NCBI GenBank assembly: GCA_963736645.1
Contig: CAVTPJ010000008.1
Location: 76,707 to 140,706, forward strand
Reading direction: 5' to 3'
Length of the DNA stretch: 64,000 nucleotides
DNA from: an uncultured Thermoleophilia bacterium
GTDB lineage: Bacteria > Actinomycetota > Thermoleophilia > UBA2241
Shown: positions 48,083 through 55,631 of the stretch, piece after piece
Layout of the letters: the number at the start of each line of letters is the position of its first letter
Numbering within the stretch: the stretch's first letter is position 1
The notes under the pieces: generated by a model
What the model saw: the letters and a program-made list of their open reading frames with translations, nothing else
The model's database searches: none
Told to the model about the DNA's origin: nothing
Position numbers and translations under genes: made by a program

Positions 48083-49302
48083 GCGGGGTCTCCGGAAGCG
48101 GCCGCGGCGCGGCGCGGAGAGGCGGCGGCGAGGCCGTCCAGTAGCGCCGCGAGCTCGGCTGTGAGGCGGCCCAGCTCGTAGCGGTCGATGGCCGCCGGAT
48201 CGGCTACCGGGGCGTTGCCGTCTTGAACCTCGTGAACGAAGGCGGCGAGCGGCTCCGCCATCTGGTCGTCGGGCAGCACGCATGTGCCGCCGCCGACCTC
48301 GTCGAAGAGCGCCCTGGCGGCGGAGCCGGCCGGCGAGATGGCGAAGATCGGGCGCCCGGCCTGCAGGTACTCGAAGACCTTGCTCGACATGCTCTCCGGG
48401 CGACGACCGTTCACCAGCAGCAGAGCGTCCGCCGCGCGCTGGTAGCCGAGGGCGCGCGTGAGCGGCACGAGCGGAAGGATGCGGACGCGTTCGCCGAGGC
48501 CGAGTCGGTCGGCTTCCGGGCGTACGCGGCTTTCGTCGACTCCCACGAAGAGCGCCTTGATGTCCGGCGGGAGCGCGGCGAGGGCGGTCAGGAAGGCGCG
48601 CACCTGGTGCTCGCGTCCGTAGAGCCGTCCTGTGTGTACGAGCCAGAAGCCTTCGCCGAGTGACACTTCTTCCGGCCGCTCGGCGCGATCGAACCCGTTG
48701 GGGAGAACGTACGCGCGACCGCGGAGCCACGGGTGGCGCGCCACCAGGTCGTCGGCGATCGGCTGGTTCACCGCGGTGACAGCGGCCGCACTGCGCAACG
48801 TCCGCGCTTCGAGGCGGAAGTGAGCAGCCCTGTGCGCCGCCGTCGGGTACCTGCGGAACTGGTAGGTGGACCAGGGATCGCGGTAGTCGGCCAGCCACGG
48901 GAGGCCGCTCGTGCGCGCGAGCGTCGCGGCGACGAGGTGGACGCTGGCCCGCGGCGAGCTCGAGAGGATGGCGTCGAAGCGCTCGTCGCGCAGAAGGCGC
49001 CTCCCTTTGCACACGGCGGGGCCGATCCAGCCCGCGTAGGCGTCCGGGACGCAGACCCAGCTGTTGACGCGCGAGCTGCGCCTGCCTCCGCCGAGCAGCC
49101 GCTTGGGCCACGGCACGGGAGCGCGCACCACGGGCACGCCGAGGGGCTCCGCGGCGGGTCCGACGGCCGCCGCGGCCAGCACGGTCGGGTGCCAGTGGTG
49201 CTCGGGCAGGTGGCGAAGGAAGCGCACCACACGCGTGGTGCCGGCGCTCGCCATGGGCGGATAGGGGTTGGCCACGACGAGGATTCTCATCGGCACGTCC
49301 AC
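48079..49302 (-). CDS. GT4 glycosyltransferase
   Basis: MRILVVANPYPPMASAGTTRVVRF at the N-terminus and a GT-B C-domain. GTG 49302 lies 2 nt after the upstream stop; ATG 49290 is the alternative. Confidence 0.8.
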   Translation of the reverse strand: MDVPMRILVVANPYPPMASAGTTRVVRFLRHLPEHHWHPTVLAAAAVGPAAEPLGVPVVRAPVPWPKRLLGGGRRSSRVNSWVCVPDAYAGWIGPAVCKGRRLLRDERFDAILSSSPRASVHLVAATLARTSGLPWLADYRDPWSTYQFRRYPTAAHRAAHFRLEARTLRSAAAVTAVNQPIADDLVARHPWLRGRAYVLPNGFDRAERPEEVSLGEGFWLVHTGRLYGREHQVRAFLTALAALPPDIKALFVGVDESRVRPEADRLGLGERVRILPLVPLTRALGYQRAADALLLVNGRRPESMSSKVFEYLQAGRPIFAISPAGSAARALFDEVGGGTCVLPDDQMAEPLAAFVHEVQDGNAPVADPAAIDRYELGRLTAELAALLDGLAAASPRRAAAASGDPA

Positions 49303-49304
49303 GG

Positions 49305-50432
49305 TCAGCGCTTCGGCGCGCTGAGATCCTTGGGCAGCAGGTCCGCGTGCACCTCGGCCGCGGCGAGCTGCTCAGCCGCCAGGGGCGACGAGCCGCGCCG
49401 CCGCGCCCGCGTCATGACCTCACCGACCTTGAGCCCGGCGGCGTGCAGGTCGATGAGCGGCTGGGGCAACAGGTCGCCGAACCCGCCTGCGGCTTCCGTC
49501 GCCGGCCAGCACCGCAGGCCGGCGGCGGCCAAGGCGCGGCAGTCGGTCTCGGCATCCGCGCCGACCACCGCCAGGTGCGGGGCGGCGGTGACGACGCGGA
49601 GGGCGTCGACCGCGGCGCCAGGGCCGATCCAGCGCTCGTCCGGTGTTGCCGGGCACAGTACCAGCGCGTCGGCCTCGGCGAGGCGGGCGAGCGCGGCCTC
49701 GTCGCCGAGGCCATCCCCGGTCTTCTCGCCGCCGTAGAGCCCGATGCGCCCCGCGGTCTCCGGCGCGGCGACCAGAACGCGGGCGCCGAGCTGCGCCAGG
49801 CCGCGTACGACGTGGGCGTAGGCCCGCCCGCCTCCGGCAACCAAGATCGTGACCCCGACCACCTCGACGCCCAGCTCGAGGAGTCCCCGCACGACCACCA
49901 TGGGCAGGTAGCGATGCAGGCCGAGAGCGTCCTCGTCCACCCCGGCGACGGCGATGCCGTGGCGCCGGCAGGTGGCGACGTCCACGTCCGCCGTCCGCCA
50001 GAGATCCGCCCTCCTCATCAGCGTCACCGCCGCCGTGGTGGCGAGGTTGCGCAGGATGGCCTCGTCGATCGGCCGCACGCCGGGGAGATCGGTCACGATG
50101 TCCACCTCTGCGAGCGGCGCCTGCAGGCGGGTGTGCAACACGCGTACCTGCTCCCGGCTGCCGGCGAGCCGCGCCAGGTACTCGGTCTGCTCTTCCGCCT
50201 CCTGACGGGCAGACTGGGGGGTATCCCGGGCCACGGCGTACACTTCGTCGGCGCCGGCCAGCGCGGCCAGCACCGGCGTGATGCGGCGGAAGCCGACGCC
50301 CGCCTCCGTCAGCACGCGGAGGCCGTGCAGGTCCAGGCGGTGCCGCTCGACGGCGCGCCCGATCAGTCGAAGCACGTGACGACCGGGAAAGGATTCGTTG
50401 CAGGCCTGGCGGGGATCAGACGTTCCATCCAT
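49305..50432 (-). CDS. hypothetical two-lobed Rossmann-like protein, first gene of the glycan cluster
   Basis: 375 aa with G/C-rich third positions. It has a glycine-rich dinucleotide-fold-like segment, ILVAGGGRAYAHVVRGLAQLGARVLV. I recognise no family. Confidence 0.55.
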   Translation of the reverse strand: MDGTSDPRQACNESFPGRHVLRLIGRAVERHRLDLHGLRVLTEAGVGFRRITPVLAALAGADEVYAVARDTPQSARQEAEEQTEYLARLAGSREQVRVLHTRLQAPLAEVDIVTDLPGVRPIDEAILRNLATTAAVTLMRRADLWRTADVDVATCRRHGIAVAGVDEDALGLHRYLPMVVVRGLLELGVEVVGVTILVAGGGRAYAHVVRGLAQLGARVLVAAPETAGRIGLYGGEKTGDGLGDEAALARLAEADALVLCPATPDERWIGPGAAVDALRVVTAAPHLAVVGADAETDCRALAAAGLRCWPATEAAGGFGDLLPQPLIDLHAAGLKVGEVMTRARRRGSSPLAAEQLAAAEVHADLLPKDLSAPKR

Positions 50433-50534
50433 GCGCCCATTCTACTCACATACGGCCGCGGCGATGCCGGGTCGGCGGCATGCCTGCTCTGCTCTATACT
50501 GGGGCTTCACCGCCACTGAGAAAGGAACGCCCGC

Positions 50535-51497
50535 TTGCGCGTCTCACTCCGCCCTGCGATCCCACGCGCGGGGGTTCTCGTCGCTCTTGTCCTCCTCTCG
50601 GCCACCGTCATCAGCGTGGCCGCGCCGGCAGCGACAGCGGCTCCCGACGCCGGCCGGATCGACGCCTTCCTCGTAGAACACGGCTCCCCCATGGCCGGGA
50701 CCGGCGACACGTTCGTCGCCGAGGCCGCGGCCCACAGCGTCGATCCCGCGTTCCTCGTGGCCATCGCCGGCGCCGAGACCAGCTTCGGGAGGCTCCTGTA
50801 CGCGCAGGATGGAGACCAGTGCACGTACAACGCCTTCAACTGGTTCTACGGCCCCACCTGGCCGACAAGCGACTTCACGTCGTGGGAAGAGGCCATCGCC
50901 CGTGTGGCTGCCGGCCTGGGCGGCGACCTGTACTACGGGTCCGGCCTGTACTCGGTGGACGCCATCGCCCCCAAGTACTGTCCCGACGGTACCGCCGAGT
51001 GGGTCGCCAACGTCAAGGCCTTCATGGTCGCGCTCGGTGGCAATCCGGACGACACGCGTCTCGGTACGCCGGCGCCGAGCCCTGTACCGCCCTCCACCGC
51101 TCCCGGCCTGATCGCGCTCACGGGCGCCGTCAAGCTGGACCAGGGCGACCGCGAGGTCGGCCAGCGCATCTACGCCTGGTTCACGCTGACCAACTCCGGC
51201 GGTCAGCCGCTGGAGCTCGAGGGCATCCGCCTGGCAGTGCGCGGTCCCGGCCGCTCGGTGCGCGACCTCGTCTCCGACGCTCCGCTCACGCTCGCGGCCG
51301 GCCAGTCGACTGAGGTCTCGGCCTCGTGGCCGCTCGACCTCGCCGGCCGCTGGCGCGGGTGGATCGAGGTCGAGTACGGGGACGAGGCGAGTCTCGTCGG
51401 CGACGAGCAGGCCTTCGGGTTCTGGGTCAGGCTGCCACGGGAGCACGAACTGCGCCGCTGGGACCTGCGCGATTCGGCGCTGAGCCAGGCGCTCTGA
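50535..51497 (+). CDS. secreted glucosaminidase/lysozyme-like protein with a C-terminal beta-sandwich-like domain
   Basis: A TTG start gives a signal peptide (VLVALVLLSATVISVAAPAATA). DPAFLVAIAGAETSFG resembles the glucosaminidase/muramidase family. Confidence 0.6.
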   Translation: MRVSLRPAIPRAGVLVALVLLSATVISVAAPAATAAPDAGRIDAFLVEHGSPMAGTGDTFVAEAAAHSVDPAFLVAIAGAETSFGRLLYAQDGDQCTYNAFNWFYGPTWPTSDFTSWEEAIARVAAGLGGDLYYGSGLYSVDAIAPKYCPDGTAEWVANVKAFMVALGGNPDDTRLGTPAPSPVPPSTAPGLIALTGAVKLDQGDREVGQRIYAWFTLTNSGGQPLELEGIRLAVRGPGRSVRDLVSDAPLTLAAGQSTEVSASWPLDLAGRWRGWIEVEYGDEASLVGDEQAFGFWVRLPREHELRRWDLRDSALSQAL

Positions 51498-51616
51498 CGC
51501 CGGCCAGGCTCCGGCTCTCGCCTCCGTTCCGCGTGCGGTCGCAGTCGTACCACTGCGGATGGCGTTCGCGCTCGTGCCGGCGCGCCGACCGGGACGAGCG
51601 GGCGAAACCGCTCACT

Positions 51617-52444
51617 TCATCGTGGCTCGCCGAACAGGCACCTCTCCGCGTTCTTCGTGAAGAACAGCTCCCGCACCGCCGGCTTGACGGCTGCGCTCCA
51701 GGCCTCCACAGCGGCGCCGAACTCCACCAGCGGGTAGTCCGTGCCGAACAGGCAGCGGTCCTTCAGGTAGGAGTTGACTGCCTGGACCGTCGCCTCGGGC
51801 AGGTACTGAGGCCAGAGGGCGCTGAACTCGAGGAAGATGTTCGGGTGCTTCTGCGCCACGGCCAGGCCCAGCGGGCCGAAGCCGTTGGCGGCGTGCGAGA
51901 TCACCAGCTTGAGGTCCGGGAAGTCGATGGCGATCTCGTCCATGTACTTAGGGTCGCCGAGCCACATGCTCTGGAAGCGGTTGTAGTGCAGGCTGCCGTG
52001 GACGATGGCGACCAGGTTGTGGCTCTCGCAGTACGCGTAGATGGGGTAGAGCACGCTGGCATTGGCCGGGACTCCCCAGATGTACGGGCTGATGTTGGCC
52101 CCCAGGAAGCCGGCCTCACGGCACCGCTCCAGCTCCTCGAGGTTGCGGCGGACGCCGTACTTGGGATGCACGCCGGCGATGTAGTAGAAGGGGTCTTCGT
52201 CGAGTGACCGGTGGACCTCCATGAGGTGGTCGTTGTCCTCGATGGAGCCTCCGCACACGACGCCACGCGAGACGCCGCCGCTCTTCATGGTGGCCACGTA
52301 CTCCGACATGTCCATCGCGGTGAGTCTCGGCCGCATCTTGTACAGCTCGATGTACTGCGAGAAATGGGGTGCCGGGTCGTCAGGATTCCAGGGACCGAGC
52401 ATGTGTTCCGTCCGGAACCGTATGCGGAAGTCGACTACGTCCAT
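51617..52444 (-). CDS. amidohydrolase-2 (ACMSD-like metal-dependent hydrolase/decarboxylase) family
   Basis: 275 aa. AIVHGSLHY, VISHAANG and LFGTDYP motifs. AAAGGA lies upstream of the ATG, 19 nt after the GNAT stop. Confidence 0.7.
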   Translation of the reverse strand: MDVVDFRIRFRTEHMLGPWNPDDPAPHFSQYIELYKMRPRLTAMDMSEYVATMKSGGVSRGVVCGGSIEDNDHLMEVHRSLDEDPFYYIAGVHPKYGVRRNLEELERCREAGFLGANISPYIWGVPANASVLYPIYAYCESHNLVAIVHGSLHYNRFQSMWLGDPKYMDEIAIDFPDLKLVISHAANGFGPLGLAVAQKHPNIFLEFSALWPQYLPEATVQAVNSYLKDRCLFGTDYPLVEFGAAVEAWSAAVKPAVRELFFTKNAERCLFGEPR

Positions 52445-52463
52445 GCATGCGTCCTTTCGTGTC

Positions 52464-53690
52464 TCAGGCCGGCGATGTCGGTCGTGGCAGTCCCTCGAGG
52501 ACGAGCGCTGTGATGTACCAGTTGGCGTTGTCCGTGACCGCCGGATCCCCGCGCAGCTCCTGCGGGATGTAGACGAAGAACTGGCGCGGAGGTGGCTTCC
52601 TGAGCAGGGCGCGCGGCGAGAGGGCGGAGGTGTCGACGAAACCGGCGCTGCTCAGACGGCGCGGCAGAAGGACGGAGCGCCTCAGGACCAGGCACTTGAT
52701 GCGCTTCAGCCCGAGACTCCTGCCCCGGCCGATCAGCGCAGACAGAAGGTTGCGGAACAGCTTGGAGCGCGCGCCGTCCACGAGGACGTCGACCACGTGA
52801 AGGGTGTCATCCTGGACAAAGGTGATGGCGTAGCCGAGGAGCCCGCCATCGCCGTGCATGGTCAGGTACTCGTGCTCGACGTGAGGATCGTCGCTCACCC
52901 TCCACTGCAGGTAGCGGGCGCTGCGGTCGACGGTGATGCCGTAGTGCCTGCGATTGCGCTCCCAGAGTGCCGCGATCTCTTCCAGCGGCGCATCGGCTGC
53001 GCCGTGCACCGCCACCGCGTAGCTGCACAGGCGTGGTCGCCGCAGCCGGCCGTACGTCTGCAGGACCGTCGCCAGCAGCTCGCTCACCACGGGCGACAGC
53101 TTGGTGCCGGATCCACGCCTGGCCGGGATCGAGTCGAGGTCCGCGCGGAGCGCGCTCCTCTGCAGCCAGACGGTGTAGTTGGCCCAGTCGTCGAAGGCCA
53201 CGTAGCCGAGCTTGGTGCGGACTCTGCCGACGGCGCCGCCGGCCACCTGGCCGGCGGTCGTGAAGAAGAAGCCGAACCGCTCCTTCTCCTTCTCGAAGCA
53301 GTCCCGCTCGTGAGCGGAGTACAGGCCTGAACCCCGGAGATCGGGGTGGCTCATGCAGTTCTCGGTCTTGCCCGCCAGCACTGGCCGGCCCCAGACGCTG
53401 AGCGGCGTGGGGATCAGGCTGTACTGGGCGATGAGCTGATCGTCCTTGTCGCGGTCGAGGTCGAAGACCAGGTTCATGCTCCCCTGCCCGGCCCACGTGT
53501 TCAGCCATTCCCAGGAGAACTCCTCGATGCTCCGGTCTCTGCCCGTGATGGACCGGTAGAGCCGGTTGATGGCGATCTCGTCGCCCGGCCGATAGGCTCG
53601 GCTGACTGCGCGCAAGGGGCGGACCTGCCTTGTTCGGACGTGCTCGTCGGGTGGGCCGTCGTCACGGGGGAGTATCCTCCAGCGGCGCAC
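52464..53690 (-). CDS. GNAT-type acyltransferase, two-domain (start uncertain)
   Basis: YRPGDEIAINRLY near the N-terminus and acetyltransferase-like core segments. The first 25 codons have mixed third positions, so TTG 53615 is a plausible alternative start. Confidence 0.65.
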   Translation of the reverse strand: MRRWRILPRDDGPPDEHVRTRQVRPLRAVSRAYRPGDEIAINRLYRSITGRDRSIEEFSWEWLNTWAGQGSMNLVFDLDRDKDDQLIAQYSLIPTPLSVWGRPVLAGKTENCMSHPDLRGSGLYSAHERDCFEKEKERFGFFFTTAGQVAGGAVGRVRTKLGYVAFDDWANYTVWLQRSALRADLDSIPARRGSGTKLSPVVSELLATVLQTYGRLRRPRLCSYAVAVHGAADAPLEEIAALWERNRRHYGITVDRSARYLQWRVSDDPHVEHEYLTMHGDGGLLGYAITFVQDDTLHVVDVLVDGARSKLFRNLLSALIGRGRSLGLKRIKCLVLRRSVLLPRRLSSAGFVDTSALSPRALLRKPPPRQFFVYIPQELRGDPAVTDNANWYITALVLEGLPRPTSPA

Positions 53691-53871
53691 GAGAGCACAA
53701 GCGATGGCCGGCTTGGCGACATGGGCGGCCGCTCGCCGGCCATCACCCCCCTCCTCTCCCGGCGAACCGTTCGCGCTCGCCGGCGCCGGCCGCTCACGAC
53801 TCCGCGCGGCCCCCGGGCTTCTTGAAGCGGCGCTGCATCCTCCACAGACCGAGGAGGCCGTCGACGATAGC

Positions 53872-54024
53872 TCAGCCGTAGCTGGTGCAGACCGGGTCGC
53901 GGGTCAGACGCGCGGCGCGAGCCGCCGCGGGGCCGCCGGCCGGCGCCGGGTGGAGCCGCTCGCCGGGCGAAGTGCCCGAAAGCACATCGTCGGGCTGTCG
54001 CCCGCGATCGTCGCGCTCGGCCAT
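53872..54024 (-). CDS. candidate 50-codon small ORF directly after the histidine phosphatase gene
   Basis: GGGGAGGA lies 8 nt upstream of the ATG. The product is MAERDDRGRQPDDVLSGTSPGERLHPAPAGGPAAARAARLTRDPVCTSYG. 43 of 50 codons end in G/C by hand count. It is in frame with the phosphatase, separated by TGA plus one codon. Confidence 0.3.
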   Translation of the reverse strand: MAERDDRGRQPDDVLSGTSPGERLHPAPAGGPAAARAARLTRDPVCTSYG

Positions 54025-54027
54025 GGC

Positions 54028-54627
54028 TCAGGTCCTCCCCGCCAGGTAGGCGTCGACGCGCTCGGCGAGCCCGTCAGTGTCGATCGCGTCGACGCCGCCG
54101 TTGGCCGTCCTCGTGGTGTGGAACGCGTCGATGCCGTGCCCCTCGAGGAAGCAGCGGGTGAGGCGGATGCTGCCGCCGTGCGTCACCAGCAGCGCCGTGC
54201 GCCCGTCGAGCGCGCAGTCGCGCAGGCAGGCGAGCACGCGGCGCTGCTGGATCCCGAGGCTCTCCCCGCCGGGAAAGCGGAACGTCTCCGGGTGCTCGCG
54301 GTAGTGCCGCCACACGTCCGGCTCCTCGCGCATGATGGACGAGAAGCGGCGCGTCTCCCACTCGCCGCGATGCGTCTCCGCGAGCCGTGGGTCGACGATG
54401 AACGGGAGCTCGTCGCCGAGCTCCGCGTGGACGAGTTCCGCGGTCTCGCGAGCGCGAACGAGATGGCTGGTGACGACGAGCCCGATGCCGCGCTCCACGA
54501 GCGCGCGACCGAGGTCGCGCGCCTGGGCGCGGCCGATCTCGTTGAGCTCGACCTCCGCCCATCCTTGGCAGCGCGCCGGTTCGCGGTTCCAGTCGGTCTG
54601 GCAGTGGCGGACGAGAAGGAGCGTCAT
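54028..54627 (-). CDS. histidine phosphatase (phosphoglycerate-mutase superfamily)
   Basis: MTLLLVRHCQTDWN (RH catalytic motif), SHLVRARETA and LLVTHGGSIR. I prefer ATG 54627 over the longer track ORF. Confidence 0.8.
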   Translation of the reverse strand: MTLLLVRHCQTDWNREPARCQGWAEVELNEIGRAQARDLGRALVERGIGLVVTSHLVRARETAELVHAELGDELPFIVDPRLAETHRGEWETRRFSSIMREEPDVWRHYREHPETFRFPGGESLGIQQRRVLACLRDCALDGRTALLVTHGGSIRLTRCFLEGHGIDAFHTTRTANGGVDAIDTDGLAERVDAYLAGRT

Positions 54628-54667
54628 GGGGAGCCGGGGCTGACGAGGTTCGCGTGCCGGTGGGGCA

Positions 54668-55420
54668 TCAGTGGAACGTGAGCAGCGTGTCGCTGCGCAC
54701 GCCGAGGCGGAGCGTCTCGACGGAGATGACCTCATCCGGCGCGATGTTGCCGAGGTTCACGTTGGGGCCGAAGTGCTTGATGAACCAGGCCTGCTGCTTC
54801 TGGATCGGCGCCTCGAACAGGATCTGGGACGCGTCGAACGCCTCGCGGATCTCCTCCAGCAGGCCGTCCTTGACGTCGCCGTTCGGGCGGTAGATGCCCA
54901 CGGTCCCGTTCTCCCGGCCCTCGGTGATGACCTTCCAGGCGCCGGCCTCGAGCTCGCGCTTGATCGAGTCGATCCACGTGGACGGCGTGATGACCACGGC
55001 GTTGTCCTTGCTGCCCACCTCGCTGAGCACCCTGTACCGCGAGCTGAGCTTGTGCAGGAGGGCGAGCTTGTCCTCTTCGTCCATCGCGACCGTACCGTTG
55101 GAGATCTCGATGCACTCCATGCCGCACTCGTCGACGAGGGCCAGGTACTCGTCGACCTTGCCTTGGCGCAGGCAGACCTCGAAGAACGTGCCGCCGAAGC
55201 AGACCGGGATGCCGAAGCTCCGGTAGAGCGCGATCTTCTCCTTGATGTTCGGGGTGACCACGGCGGTGCCCCAGCCGAGCTTGACGATGTCGACGTAGTC
55301 GCCGGAGACCTCCAGATACTGGCGTACCTGATTGAGACTGAGCCCCTTGTCGAGCACGTGCGTCAGGCCGCTGTCGCGCGGCTTGGTGGTGCGTTCGGGG
55401 AGCGTCAGGAACTCGAACAT
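54668..55420 (-). CDS. comA: (2R)-phospho-3-sulfolactate synthase
   Basis: 250 aa. LPERTTKPRDSGLTHVLDKG, YVDIVKLGWGTA, GGTFFE, IEISNG and SEVGSKD track the ComA family along its whole length. Confidence 0.85.
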   Translation of the reverse strand: MFEFLTLPERTTKPRDSGLTHVLDKGLSLNQVRQYLEVSGDYVDIVKLGWGTAVVTPNIKEKIALYRSFGIPVCFGGTFFEVCLRQGKVDEYLALVDECGMECIEISNGTVAMDEEDKLALLHKLSSRYRVLSEVGSKDNAVVITPSTWIDSIKRELEAGAWKVITEGRENGTVGIYRPNGDVKDGLLEEIREAFDASQILFEAPIQKQQAWFIKHFGPNVNLGNIAPDEVISVETLRLGVRSDTLLTFH

Positions 55421-55484
55421 CGGTCGTCCTCCGGCGATCTTGCGCCGACCGTCGCGGCGCTGGCTAGATGGTACCAGACGGGCA

Positions 55485-55514
55485 CCTTGCGGAGCCCGCA
55501 GCGAATCCGCAAGG
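55485..55514. promoter_or_regulatory. inverted repeat in the lower-GC divergent comA/cysP control region
   Basis: CCTTGCGGA-N12-TCCGCAAGG has perfect 9-bp arms. It is followed by TATCTATAAGC and by TTGCAT (55538-55543) and TAGTAT (55563-55568). Confidence 0.4.
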
Positions 55515-55631
55515 CCCTATCTATAAGCAGGGGTGATTTGCATCATGCGAAAAGCTCATGCATAGTATGGCGCCAGTCTAAGTTGTCAATGTCGATACAC
55601 GCAATCAGGAATCGTGTGTGCTGGAGGGATC

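Noticed and set aside
46535-49111. An 858-aa ORF fusing the Wzy-like membrane protein with upstream sequence.
   Set aside because: The upstream 343 residues are an Arg/Pro-rich shadow of the GT4 gene (48079-49302). An ATG at 48082 overlapping the GT4 stop starts the hydrophobic polymerase.
53501-53845. A 114-aa ORF containing a Ser/Thr/Cys-rich stretch (MAGERPPMSPSRPSLVLSCAAGGYSPVTTAHPTSTSEQ...) preceded by GGAGAGGAGGGGGG.
   Set aside because: It would overlap the GNAT coding region by more than 150 nt, and its third-position bias decays once inside the GNAT gene. It is most likely a frame artefact, although the strong SD-like run makes the GNAT start region worth re-examining.
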